Assembly: GCA_049623485.1 (NCBI GenBank)
Contig: JBMZTB010000002.1
Location: forward strand, 8,446 to 72,445
From: Candidatus Poseidoniaceae archaeon
Lineage (GTDB): Archaea; Thermoplasmatota; Poseidoniia; Poseidoniales; Poseidoniaceae
DNA length: 64,000 nt
Reading direction: 5' to 3'
Positions 1 to 9,279 of this stretch are shown one piece after another. The notes under the pieces are model-generated. The model did not search any database. It was not told the DNA's origin and was given only the letters and a program-made list of their open reading frames with translations. The position numbers were made by a program, and so were the translations under genes. How positions within the stretch are numbered: position 1 is the first letter of the stretch; every line of letters starts with the position of its first letter.

Positions 1-70
1 TTCGTCCTTCCAGCCAAAGATGACCTGGCCAACCAGCAGGGTCATCTGCTCCAGTGAAGGTATCGGCCAT
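1..70 (-). CDS. 5' end of an unidentified CDS running off the window edge
   Basis: ATG at 70..68 (minus strand) opens MADTFTGADDPAGWPGHLWLEGR with no stop before position 1. It lies 38 nt downstream of the purM stop on the same strand. Too short to identify. Confidence 0.25.
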   Translation of the reverse strand, partial: MADTFTGADDPAGWPGHLWLEGR

Positions 71-108
71 GGTCAATGGAATCGATTCTTCTTCTTGACC
101 GCACCGCA

Positions 109-1218
109 TCAATAGTGTTGAAACACAACATCTGAATTCACATGTGTAACGCGGTGCCCATCATCATGTACATGACCAATAATACGCGCTCCAGAATTCT
201 TTGTTTCAAGGAAATTAAGAACGGATTCACTAGCTTCTTTTGATACAGCAAGAACCATTCCCAACCCCATGTTGAATGTACGATGCATCTCCAAATCAGT
301 TACATTTCCATGAGCCTGAAGCCAGACAAATTCCGGAGGAATTGGCATAGGGCTTTCGATATGCCATCCTAGCGAATCATGCAATCTGAGAAGATTGGAG
401 AGCCCTCCGCCGGTGATATGGGCGATTCCGTGAACATCGTGAACAGTTCCATTTTCTGCTTTTAGATGATGAAGTAAGTTGACTACAGGATCACAATAGA
501 TACGAGTTGGCGTCAATAGCACCTCTGCAAAAGTAGGATTTCCTTCCGTCCATCTGGTAATCTCTCTTCCCTCAAATTCAGGATCAAAAGGACATGCATC
601 TTCGTAATCGAGCCCACTATGCTTGATGATGTTTCGAACAAGAGAAAATCCGTTTGAATGAATTCCAGATGAGGGGAGTCCGATGAGTACATCTCCTGCC
701 TGAAGGGTTTCTCCAGTAATTGCATCATCTTTCTCAAGATATCCTAGAGCAGTTCCTGATAAGTCAAGTTCTGTAACGATTCCAGGAAGGGAAGCAGTCT
801 CTCCTCCTGCCAAAGTTACGTTTGCAAGTTCGCAAGCCTTTGCAAGAGAAGCTCCAACCGCTGCATGAACTTCAGGGTCTGGTTTTGGGACTGCTATGTA
901 ATCGACAAAGGCAATTGGTTCAGCGCCGACACAGAGGAGATCATTGACATTCATAGCCATGCAATCGATTCCAACACTTCCCCACTGTTTGACAGCAGTT
1001 GCGATTTGCAATTTACTCCCAACCCCATCCGTGGCCATGGCAAGAAGATGACTTCCAAATTCAATGAGACCTCCAAATCCACCTGGTAGATCGACAGGTG
1101 CTCCTGGTGTTCCTGGTTTTCTCGAAGAACGTTGTAATGAACCGATCAACGAAGCGACAGCAGCCCCTTCCAAGTCAATATCAACGCCGCTCGAAGCATA
1201 ATCCATTGAGTCGCTCAT
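109..1218 (-). CDS. purM: Phosphoribosylformylglycinamidine cyclo-ligase (AIR synthetase, PurM)
   Basis: 369 aa from ATG 1218. Motifs DYASSGVDIDLEGAAV, LLAMATDGVGSKL, GIDCMAMNVNDLLCVGAEPIAFVDY and LAGGETASLPG are typical of PurM. The 65 extra N-terminal codons in the ORF track overlap the upstream gene and were discounted. Confidence 0.9.
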   Translation of the reverse strand: MSDSMDYASSGVDIDLEGAAVASLIGSLQRSSRKPGTPGAPVDLPGGFGGLIEFGSHLLAMATDGVGSKLQIATAVKQWGSVGIDCMAMNVNDLLCVGAEPIAFVDYIAVPKPDPEVHAAVGASLAKACELANVTLAGGETASLPGIVTELDLSGTALGYLEKDDAITGETLQAGDVLIGLPSSGIHSNGFSLVRNIIKHSGLDYEDACPFDPEFEGREITRWTEGNPTFAEVLLTPTRIYCDPVVNLLHHLKAENGTVHDVHGIAHITGGGLSNLLRLHDSLGWHIESPMPIPPEFVWLQAHGNVTDLEMHRTFNMGLGMVLAVSKEASESVLNFLETKNSGARIIGHVHDDGHRVTHVNSDVVFQHY

Positions 1219-1240
1219 AACGTTGCCAGAGCAAGACGTT

Positions 1241-1753
1241 TCATGAATCAATCGTTTGTGAATACAAGGCGTTAGCACCCTCAATAATTGAACGATGCGA
1301 TTCAGACAAGCGATGTCCATCATCAACTTTGTGAAATTGTAGTATATCGTTTCCTGAGCGTTCAGCATATTCAAGACTGCAAGAGATGGGGACGATGTCG
1401 TCTTCAATTCCATGAACGATGACTGTGGGCATGCCTTTCGGTGCTATGAGTATCGTATCTTCATCGACAGGGTCTTCTTTTAGATGCAGTGCTGGAGCAC
1501 ACAGAAGAAGCCCACAAAATTGTTCTGGCATTCTCATTGCAATGATTGCAGCGGTAAGCCCGCCATAACTTGAGCCTGCCAAGATAGGTTTCTTGTCTCT
1601 GTGTTCTTTACAGATGTTCTCCAAAAGATCTACTCGCTCGCTTAAGATCATTCCCTGAAAGTCTGGAGCAAGTACTTCAAATCCAGCAGCCCTCAATGCC
1701 AGTATTTTACTTCCATTAGGCTTGCCTTCAAGTCCATGAGCGAATATAATCAT
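1241..1753 (-). CDS. Small alpha/beta-hydrolase (esterase, YqiA-like)
   Basis: MIIFAHGLEG, nucleophile elbow GSSYGG (GxSxG), VIVHGIEDDIVP and DDGHRL give a Ser-Asp-His triad pattern. Start is ATG 1753 (preferred) or TTG 1801. Confidence 0.7.
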   Translation of the reverse strand: MIIFAHGLEGKPNGSKILALRAAGFEVLAPDFQGMILSERVDLLENICKEHRDKKPILAGSSYGGLTAAIIAMRMPEQFCGLLLCAPALHLKEDPVDEDTILIAPKGMPTVIVHGIEDDIVPISCSLEYAERSGNDILQFHKVDDGHRLSESHRSIIEGANALYSQTIDS

Positions 1754-1941
1754 GATTGAACTCAAACGTACTTGCGTTATCAATTTATTGAGAGAAAGCA
1801 ACCTCGATACGAGGGTTATTTTATTAGAAAATCATGCGTTGGAGAAGTTCCACTAGCATCAATATTTTTCTCGAAAAAGCGGATGACGCCGCAACAATTC
1901 TCCAATGGAAACTAAGGGGTGGATTTGATTGAGCGCGCTTT

Positions 1942-1948
1942 CTATAAA
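1942..1948 (+). promoter_or_regulatory. TATA-box-like element upstream of mcm
   Basis: gcgctttCTATAAActg lies about 44 nt upstream of ATG 1989, inside the 235-nt divergent intergenic region. The spacing is compatible with an archaeal BRE/TATA promoter and a short 5' UTR. Confidence 0.35.
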
Positions 1949-1988
1949 CTGTAGCCCATTATCTTCAACTCCACGCGGTGTGAATACT

Positions 1989-4103
1989 ATGATTCAGGAT
2001 TTCGATTTAACAGCACGTTGGTCAACTCTCCTGCACGCGCATTTCACCGAAGCCGTTCACAACATTGCTCAACTTTGGCCTGATGTTCAAAGTTTGGAAG
2101 TATCTTACCAAACCATCGAAGGATTTGATCACGACTTCGCACAGAGTATACTCAGCCAACCTGACCTTCATTACGATGCTTCAAACAGAGCTCTACGAGA
2201 ACTTCTTGCAGATGTTGGGCACGGGGCAATCCATCCTTGGGTCCGAATCGTTCATCTCCCAAGCGACCAGATACGAACCGTTTCACAACTTCGTTCTGAT
2301 GATATAGGCGTCATGTTGGCGATTGACGCAGTCATCACCAAGATTTCAGGGGTACGTCCAAGAATGTACTCTGCTACATTCAAATGCGTAGCCTGTGAAC
2401 ATTTGATTACAATTAATCAACCGAATGAACAAGAACTCATTCAACCTATGGAATGCACCCAGATCGACGGTGGTTGTGGCCTAAATAACAGACAAACGAG
2501 ATTCCAGTTACTTCATGATAGGTCCGTTCTTATCAACTCCCAGTTTATCGAACTTCAAGAACTTCCTGAACAAGTTCGTGGCGGCATTCAACCAGAACGA
2601 CTCGCATGCATCGCTGAGCATGATCTAACTGGGAAAGTCAACCCTGGAGATCGAGTAAAGGCCAATGGTGTCTTGTTCATACGATCCCAAAGGAAGAACG
2701 GAAAAGACACACCAGTTTTCGATATCTTTCTGAGAATCCAATCACTTGAGCGGCAGAACCTTGCATTGGAAGAAATTGTAGTTTCTGATGAAGAGGAAGC
2801 CCAAATTAGAGAGCTTGCAAGTTCACCTGACATCTATGACCGCTTGTCAAATTCGATTGCTCCATCCATTTTTGGAATGGAGAAAATCAAAGAAACGCTG
2901 ATGCTTCAATTATTCGGGGGAGTAGCCCGACTCAATCCTGATGGAACAAGAAATCGCGGCGATATTCACATTTTACTCATGGGAGACCCAGGGGTTGCAA
3001 AATCGCAACTCTTAGCGTATATGGGCACAATTTCTCCCCGTGGACGCTTTACTTCTGGTATGTCTGCTTCTGCTGCTGGACTCACAGCCGCAGCAGTTCA
3101 GGATTCGAATGCTGATGGACGTTGGACCCTTGAAGCAGGGGCACTTGTTCTCGCCGATCAAGGACTTGCTGCAATTGACGAATTCGACAAAATGAATCAA
3201 TCCGATCGTTCAAGCATGCACGAAGCGATGGAACAACAACGCATTTCAATTTCAAAGGCTGGAATCAATGCCAGTTTGAGAACTCGATGCGCAGTTCTTG
3301 CTGCAGCAAACCCGAAAGCCGGTCGCTTCCAACCAGTATCTGAAGTTCCATTTACAGGGCAAATCAACCTTGCACCCCCTCTCATTTCTCGATTCGACGT
3401 CATCTGGTTGCTGACCGACGAGCCATCTGAAGACAAAGATGCAAAGATTGCAGGGCACATTGTCAACAACCGATTTTCGGGTACAAGTGAATTGCTCGTC
3501 AATGAAGGATCCGCCCCAGATCCGACAAAACTGAGTTCCGTCGTCACGACTCCATCTCATACAGATGGGCATCTTCATCGCGAGTTTATGCGTAAATATA
3601 TTGCATTTTCAAAGCGTTCAATCCACCCAAATCTGAATGAAGATGCGAGAAAACACATCATCGATTACTATGTGACAACAAGAAAGCAATCAGGCGATTT
3701 CCAAGATGCGGTCGCTATTACTGCGCGTTCCCTTGAGGCACTTGCAAGACTCGCAGAAGCCAGTGCAAGAATCCGCCTTGCTGAAACAGCAACTCTCGAA
3801 GATGCTGAACGAGCGGTTCGTCTCACCAAAACTTGGCGCTACGATTTGATGGGTGAAAATTTCGATGAAACAGCCATCGCTTCAAGTAAAAAGGGAGGGG
3901 CTCGTCATGCTGAGCGAACAATACTGGACATCATCGATCGATTCCAACAAAATGGTGGAGGGATTGCACAACTCTTGGATGTCATCAATGAGGCGGAGCG
4001 TGAAAATATACCCCGTTCAAAGGCAGAGGAAATCATCGAGAAACTCAATCAAACAGGTCGTTTGATGAGGCCAAATGGATACGATACGCTCCAGATTGTT
4101 TGA
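1989..4103 (+). CDS. mcm: MCM replicative helicase
   Basis: Zn motif CVACEH..C..GGCG, Walker A ILLMGDPGVAKSQLL, Walker B AAIDEFDKM and arginine finger SRFDVIWLL. The 704-aa length is typical of archaeal MCM and there is no intein. ATG 1989 is preferred over TTG 1929. Confidence 0.93.
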   Translation: MIQDFDLTARWSTLLHAHFTEAVHNIAQLWPDVQSLEVSYQTIEGFDHDFAQSILSQPDLHYDASNRALRELLADVGHGAIHPWVRIVHLPSDQIRTVSQLRSDDIGVMLAIDAVITKISGVRPRMYSATFKCVACEHLITINQPNEQELIQPMECTQIDGGCGLNNRQTRFQLLHDRSVLINSQFIELQELPEQVRGGIQPERLACIAEHDLTGKVNPGDRVKANGVLFIRSQRKNGKDTPVFDIFLRIQSLERQNLALEEIVVSDEEEAQIRELASSPDIYDRLSNSIAPSIFGMEKIKETLMLQLFGGVARLNPDGTRNRGDIHILLMGDPGVAKSQLLAYMGTISPRGRFTSGMSASAAGLTAAAVQDSNADGRWTLEAGALVLADQGLAAIDEFDKMNQSDRSSMHEAMEQQRISISKAGINASLRTRCAVLAAANPKAGRFQPVSEVPFTGQINLAPPLISRFDVIWLLTDEPSEDKDAKIAGHIVNNRFSGTSELLVNEGSAPDPTKLSSVVTTPSHTDGHLHREFMRKYIAFSKRSIHPNLNEDARKHIIDYYVTTRKQSGDFQDAVAITARSLEALARLAEASARIRLAETATLEDAERAVRLTKTWRYDLMGENFDETAIASSKKGGARHAERTILDIIDRFQQNGGGIAQLLDVINEAERENIPRSKAEEIIEKLNQTGRLMRPNGYDTLQIV

Positions 4104-4141
4104 ATCTTAAGCGTTCACCTCATGAAGTGGATACGCTTGGG

Positions 4142-6178
4142 ATGGTTATGGCTGAGATTGTTCGTGAGGAGCCAGAAGGCGTTCTCGAGGACGCTTCTTC
4201 GTTCGATACAGAACAACTCGGCTTCATGTGTGGTATCGAAGTCCACCAGCAATTAGCCACTGGAAAACTCCATTCCAGACAACCTTGTGATTTGTTCGAT
4301 GTTACCATTGACACGGTTCCTGATGAATGGCCACGATACAGCAGAAAACTACGCTTAGCAAGCGGAGAGGGAGGCGTTGTCGATATCGCAGCACGTTTTG
4401 AAAAGCGCCGTAATCGCTCATTTGTTTACATTCAATCTCCAAATGCAGGTCTTATCGAACTTGATGACAGCCCACCACTTCCACATGATTCGGATGCGTT
4501 GGATATTGCTCTAACTGTATCTGCTTTGCTTGAAGCAAAGCCGGTGACTGCTATACAGACAATGAGAAAAACAGTTGTCGATGGTTCGAATACAAGTGGA
4601 TTTCAAAGAACATCACTCATTTCGACCGATGGTGTGCTAAAGACCGAAATGGGTGATGTTGGAATCGATGTTCTGTGCCTAGAAGAAGACAGTGCTCGTA
4701 AATTAGAAACAGTTTCAACATCATCTGGCGAACAAGTCATTTACAATCTAGACCGACTTGGTGTTCCGTTGATTGAAATTGCGACCTCTCCTGATATCAT
4801 CTCGCCAGAACATGCTCAAATTACAGCAAAGGCGTTAGGAAGAACCCTCAGAGATACGCGAAGCGTACGCCGTGGTCTCGGATCCATTCGCCAAGACCTG
4901 AATGTGAGTGTTGCTTGCGGCGATCGCGTTGAAATCAAAGGGTGTCAAGATTTAGGGTGGATTCCGAAGATTGTAAGGCTCGAAATGGTGCGACAAGTCC
5001 ACATGTACCGTCTTGCCAACACGCTTCGACAGGAACTCAATCTTCCGTTATTGCCAACAGATCGACGACTCGATGATTCCTCTACGGAGGTCGAAGTGGC
5101 AAGAGTTGTTGAACAGCATCTTCCTGCAGAACTTTCAGACGTTACCTCCATTTTCTCAAACTGCGAAAGTCGAATGGTTCGGGAAGGTTTGGATTCGGAT
5201 TACAAGATGATTGCACTAAAACTTCCTGGTTTTGCTGGAAGATTTGGAACGAAAACACTTGATTCAGAAGGCTCTCAACTTCCGCGACTCGGAAGAGAAC
5301 TTGCAGGAGCAGCAAAATTAGCAGGTGTTCGAGGCGTATTCCATTCTGATGAACTTCCTGCCTATGGCATTGAGCAACCCTTTGTCGATGGGGTAAGAGA
5401 TCAACTCGAACTTTCTAAACAAGATGGGTTTGTTCTATGCCTTGCACCAGAGTGGCAAGCGAATCTTGCCCTTGAATCAGTTGTTCAGCGAGCACGACTC
5501 TCTTATCATCGAATACCGCAGGAAGTTCGTAATGTTGTAGTCAAAAAGGGAGCTCCTGAAGATGGGACCACCTCACCAATGCGCCCTCTTCCTGGAGGTG
5601 CGCGAATGTATCCCGAAACAGACGTTCCTCCAATTATTGTTCATAATGATCACTGGACTGACATTCTCGAAAACTTGCCTATGAGTCAAGATGAACGGTT
5701 GAATCGATTGAAAGATACGGAACTTTCTGAAGATCAATGCAAACAACTGCTTTCTAGGGAATTAGATGATGTCTTTTTCCAATCACACCCAACTCCAACC
5801 AAAGCCTGGGCATCGCTTCTTTTGGTTCATGAAAGCGTCGAACCTTCAGTTCTTTCCATAGTCCTAACCGTTCGTGAAAACGGTGGAATTACAAGAGAAG
5901 GGATTGAATCTACGATTGAACACTTCGCTCATAGGAAGGAAATTTCAGCGAGTGAAGTTGAAGCTTATGCTGAAGAAAATGGTCTTGTACCTGCAGATGT
6001 AGGCGATCTTGAATCCATTGTTGAATCCATTGTTCTGGAACGTTTAGACTTTGTAAAAGAGCGTGGAATGGGAGCAATGGGCCCATTGATGGGAATTGTT
6101 ATGGGGGCCTGTCCTGGTGTCGATGGCAAGGAAGTGAGTGCCGTTCTTCGTACTGTCATCCAGAGGCATTCGGCATGA
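4142..6178 (+). CDS. gatE: Glutamyl-tRNA(Gln) amidotransferase subunit E (archaeal GatE)
   Basis: GFMCGIEVHQQLATGKLHS, VPLIEIATSPDI, GSIRQDLNVSV and MYPETDVPP match the GatE/GatB core, and the length is GatE-like (678 aa). Start is ATG 4142; the ORF-track TTG 4100 overlaps the mcm stop. No gatD is present in the window. Confidence 0.85.
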   Translation: MVMAEIVREEPEGVLEDASSFDTEQLGFMCGIEVHQQLATGKLHSRQPCDLFDVTIDTVPDEWPRYSRKLRLASGEGGVVDIAARFEKRRNRSFVYIQSPNAGLIELDDSPPLPHDSDALDIALTVSALLEAKPVTAIQTMRKTVVDGSNTSGFQRTSLISTDGVLKTEMGDVGIDVLCLEEDSARKLETVSTSSGEQVIYNLDRLGVPLIEIATSPDIISPEHAQITAKALGRTLRDTRSVRRGLGSIRQDLNVSVACGDRVEIKGCQDLGWIPKIVRLEMVRQVHMYRLANTLRQELNLPLLPTDRRLDDSSTEVEVARVVEQHLPAELSDVTSIFSNCESRMVREGLDSDYKMIALKLPGFAGRFGTKTLDSEGSQLPRLGRELAGAAKLAGVRGVFHSDELPAYGIEQPFVDGVRDQLELSKQDGFVLCLAPEWQANLALESVVQRARLSYHRIPQEVRNVVVKKGAPEDGTTSPMRPLPGGARMYPETDVPPIIVHNDHWTDILENLPMSQDERLNRLKDTELSEDQCKQLLSRELDDVFFQSHPTPTKAWASLLLVHESVEPSVLSIVLTVRENGGITREGIESTIEHFAHRKEISASEVEAYAEENGLVPADVGDLESIVESIVLERLDFVKERGMGAMGPLMGIVMGACPGVDGKEVSAVLRTVIQRHSA

Positions 6179-7797
6179 AACGTGTTGTTCTGTTATTGCT
6201 TCTAGTCCTCCTTTTACCGTTTACAAAGGCGGAATCAAATTTTTCATGGGAGCATGAATTTGAAAATGGTTACATAACGACGCAACCCCTTATCATCGAA
6301 AATTCAGTCTATGTCCGAACTTCTGGGTTTTGGATTGGAGACGAGCGGCCACAAGTCTCTGCGTTTGATTTAGTATCTGGTGATGAGCAGTGGACTTTTC
6401 GTTCCGAAACCACACTTCAACACGATATGTCCCCACTCCTCTTCGTCGAATCGGGCAGTGGAACATGCGGTACATGGCAAGACCTCCTGATCATCGCGTG
6501 GGCGGATGGAAAGGTGACCGCATTGAATCCGTCGAATGGTGCGTTCGTATGGGAAGCGCAAACTGAAGTGAACGTTCTCGGAATTACAGGAAAACTTGGC
6601 ATCGATGAGGACCGTGTTGTAGTTCCGACTCGACAAGGGCTCTCTGCACTTTGTTTAGAGACAGGAGAGCGTCTTTTACGAGTAGAATTCCAAGATGTTG
6701 GTTGGAGAAATGGGGTTTTAATTTCAGAAAGTGGTTACCATGTTGGTACGGAAACTGGTGTGCTTTATTCTGTTAACAGAGATGGAACTATGAGCAATAT
6801 TTCACTTGGTGAGGGGAAGATTCGGCATGCTCCAATCGAAACACAACATGGGTTACTGGTTCACCTCCAAACATCCACTGGGTCAACGCTGTACCTCAAC
6901 AATAGCATCTTAGGAAACTATGGATTTTCTCCTGCTCTTCCACTTCAATATGAGGATCGAATATTCCTTGCAACATCCGAAGAATGGGTTTCATTACGTT
7001 GTGATGCCACAACCTGTTTTGAAGATTCAAAGAGCCCATTCCATTCAAATGGAGAGATGTCAATACATAATCTTGACAATGGGTCAATCGAAATTTGGAT
7101 TCCTTCAAACACTCCGGATGGCGGTTGGGGCGTTTTTAATCAAACCTCTCAACTAAGGATGCACACGACTAAATTTGATACATATACTACTGCAGCTCCA
7201 GGTTTTTCATCTGGAGCAATGGCACTTGGCAATGATATGGGGATTCTACAAGTGACGTTATTCGAAAGCGATAAATCCGCTGAGAAAGCATCGTCCTTTT
7301 CATTCGCTGAAATCCTTCACTACGTCCTCCTCCTCTCCTCGTACCTCCTTTGCTGTATTTTCTTTGCAACAAAGAACAAACCAAGATTTTGGAAGGCTCT
7401 TACCTTATTTCTTCTCCTGTTGACCGTTGCTGCAGTGCCCGAGGTCTCAACCAAATGGTCAACACTCATCGAACAGGATTCTCGTGCTACATGGAACGAA
7501 GCTTGGCCAGAAGAATGGAAAGATACCCAAATTGTCATCATAGAAATAGATGGAAAGGAGAACATCATTGGCGGGCTTAATGGGAATTCAAATGTCTATG
7601 AGTTGACCCAAGCGGCTTCAGAATCCCTTGGGATATCTACTGAGTATGAAGATCAATATCTCGGTTTGTATTTACGCTCATTTAACGGAACTGAAGGGGA
7701 TGGATGGGAGTTTACACTCGATGGCACTCGCTCAAATACAGGAATTGTCGATACAACAATCAATTCTGATTCAATTCTTCATTGGAGACCAGCTTAA
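6175..7797 (+). CDS. Secreted PQQ/BamB-like beta-propeller protein with two TM helices and a C-terminal DUF4430-like domain
   Basis: Signal peptide MKRVVLLLLLVLLLPFTKAES. PQQ-like blades: VSAFDLVSGDEQWTF, GKVTALNPSNGAFVWEA, QGLSALCLETGERLL, GVLYSVNRDG. Hydrophobic pair ILHYVLLLSSYLLCCIFFA / ALTLFLLLLTVAAV. The C-terminus YLRSFNGTEGDGWEFTLDGTRSNTGIVDTTINSDSILHWRP resembles DUF4430 (transcobalamin beta-domain-like). An ATGA overlap links it to the gatE stop. Confidence 0.6.
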   Translation: MKRVVLLLLLVLLLPFTKAESNFSWEHEFENGYITTQPLIIENSVYVRTSGFWIGDERPQVSAFDLVSGDEQWTFRSETTLQHDMSPLLFVESGSGTCGTWQDLLIIAWADGKVTALNPSNGAFVWEAQTEVNVLGITGKLGIDEDRVVVPTRQGLSALCLETGERLLRVEFQDVGWRNGVLISESGYHVGTETGVLYSVNRDGTMSNISLGEGKIRHAPIETQHGLLVHLQTSTGSTLYLNNSILGNYGFSPALPLQYEDRIFLATSEEWVSLRCDATTCFEDSKSPFHSNGEMSIHNLDNGSIEIWIPSNTPDGGWGVFNQTSQLRMHTTKFDTYTTAAPGFSSGAMALGNDMGILQVTLFESDKSAEKASSFSFAEILHYVLLLSSYLLCCIFFATKNKPRFWKALTLFLLLLTVAAVPEVSTKWSTLIEQDSRATWNEAWPEEWKDTQIVIIEIDGKENIIGGLNGNSNVYELTQAASESLGISTEYEDQYLGLYLRSFNGTEGDGWEFTLDGTRSNTGIVDTTINSDSILHWRPA

Positions 7798-7835
7798 GCG
7801 GTAAGACTCAAGGCTAACCGACTTCTGGAAGGTTC

Positions 7836-8495
7836 ATGCTGAGCGGTCTTGGTACACATGGACCTCACGTTTCATCGCTTGGTTTACTCGCCATTAATTC
7901 ACTTCTCTTCGCCTCTGCAATTTGGCTTTTAATGCGTCCAAATAATTCTCAAAAGGGGTGGCTGTGGTCGTTGTTTTTACTCGCTATCATCGCGTCTGGG
8001 GCCAGAATCTTACTTAGCGGTCTTCCAAACATCATGCCAGTTACAATTCTCGTGATTATGGTTGCTTCCAAGTATGGGCTTCAACGTAGCATCGCTTTCG
8101 TTATCTTGGTTACTGTTTCTAGTAATGCAGTTCTCGGAGATGGTTGGTGGACTCTTTTCCAAGTTCTTGCTTGGTCCTCCGTAGCCGCAGTTAGTGCCTT
8201 CTTTTCAGTGCATAACAATGACGGGATTCTCAACATGAAGCGCCTTTCATTTGCTGCAATATGGAGCGTTCCGCTTTTCAGCATCATCGTCTCACTTTCA
8301 ATTCTAGATGGAACAATGGGAATTCTCGAATTTGGCCTTTACCTATTCAACGGCATTCCATTCGATGCTCTCCATATGATAGGGAATATTTTCTTTGCCG
8401 TCTGGAGCGGTGCGTGGTTTGAACGAATACTCTCTCTTCAAACTCCTTCCCAACAAAGAATCGTTCGAGAGGATCAACATGTCAGCATTGTCTGA
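7836..8495 (+). CDS. Polytopic membrane protein (about 6 TM), ECF S-component / DUF6580-like
   Basis: Six hydrophobic segments. The motif ARILLSGLPNIMPVTILVIMVASKYG...SSNAVLGDGWWTLFQVLAW resembles substrate-capture (S) components of ECF transporters. GGAAGG lies 3 nt before ATG 7836. The family call is from memory, not from a search. Confidence 0.4.
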   Translation: MLSGLGTHGPHVSSLGLLAINSLLFASAIWLLMRPNNSQKGWLWSLFLLAIIASGARILLSGLPNIMPVTILVIMVASKYGLQRSIAFVILVTVSSNAVLGDGWWTLFQVLAWSSVAAVSAFFSVHNNDGILNMKRLSFAAIWSVPLFSIIVSLSILDGTMGILEFGLYLFNGIPFDALHMIGNIFFAVWSGAWFERILSLQTPSQQRIVREDQHVSIV

Positions 8496-8850
8496 ACCTC
8501 CGACAATGGCTTTCCTTTGCCGCACTGATTTACAACTTTCAGCAGGGAAACTGGCGGTACAATGCGCCCATGCAGCGATCGGCTCTCTTAAGCAAGCGAA
8601 AAAGACGCATTCTCGAATGGTTCAGCGATGGCAAGAAACATCGTCGAGAAAAATTTGCTTATCGGTCGATGATGAAGAAGATTTGATGTATTTCTTCGAT
8701 TTAGTCAAAGACGCTTCGTTGCCATATTCACTTGTTCAAGATGCAGGATTAACCGAAGTCGCTCCTGGCACGGTAACAGTGTTGGGGGTAGGGCCAGCAC
8801 CGCGTCATACCATGGATCATCTTTTTTCCGAACTCAAGGCATACGATTGA
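8479..8850 (+). CDS. Peptidyl-tRNA hydrolase Pth2-family, divergent paralog
   Basis: 123 aa. AFLCRTDLQLSAGKLAVQCAHAAIG, SRKICLSV and VQDAGLTEVAPGTVTVLGVGPAP align with the Pth2 core, but the canonical GKGK, TQI and LKLL motifs are altered. GAGGA lies 5 nt before ATG 8479. The gene overlaps the upstream gene by 17 nt. Confidence 0.7.
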   Translation: MSALSEPPTMAFLCRTDLQLSAGKLAVQCAHAAIGSLKQAKKTHSRMVQRWQETSSRKICLSVDDEEDLMYFFDLVKDASLPYSLVQDAGLTEVAPGTVTVLGVGPAPRHTMDHLFSELKAYD

Positions 8851-8859
8851 GGTGAATTT

Positions 8860-9279
8860 ATGGGATTGCGAAACTTCATCCATCGTCTTACGGCACCAAA
8901 ACCCTCGAGGAGCATACCTCTTGATGAGAATTTGAAAATGGTCTTTGTTGTCAATCACGAACTAAAAATGGGAAAAGGAAAAATCGCAGCTCAAGTTGCA
9001 CACGCAGCAGTGAAGGCTACGCTTTCTTGTGGGGAGCGAGATCCTGCTCTGCTTGATGCTTGGTTCAAAACGGGACAGAAGAAAATATGCGTGAAAGGTG
9101 AATCTGCTCTTCATTTGGATTCTTTATCTCTCGAAGCCAAGAACTGTGGAATCATGGCAAATAAAATTCATGATGCAGGACATACCCAAATTCCTTCAGG
9201 TTCGTTTACAGTACTTGCTTTAGGGCCTTGTAGCGATGAAGAAATCGAGTCGATTACAGGCGATTTGAAATTACTTTGA
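8860..9279 (+). CDS. pth2: Peptidyl-tRNA hydrolase Pth2 (archaeal/eukaryotic type), canonical copy
   Basis: MVFVVNHELKMGKGKIAAQVAHAAV, GQKKICVKG, IHDAGHTQIPSGSFTVLALGP and ITGDLKLL. GAGGTGA lies 4 nt before ATG 8860, which supports a 26-aa N-terminal extension. An alternative start is ATG 8938. Confidence 0.88.
   Translation: MGLRNFIHRLTAPKPSRSIPLDENLKMVFVVNHELKMGKGKIAAQVAHAAVKATLSCGERDPALLDAWFKTGQKKICVKGESALHLDSLSLEAKNCGIMANKIHDAGHTQIPSGSFTVLALGPCSDEEIESITGDLKLL

Noticed and set aside
1219-1413. 65-codon N-terminal extension of the purM ORF
   Set aside because: It overlaps the 3' end of the upstream hydrolase gene. PurM homology begins only at MSDSMDYASSGVDID (ATG 1218).
1865-1878. Palindrome TTTTTC-tc-GAAAAA next to mcm as a possible replication-origin element
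   Set aside because: It is only a single short inverted repeat. There are no repeated ORB-like boxes, no AT-rich unwinding element and no orc1/cdc6 gene nearby.
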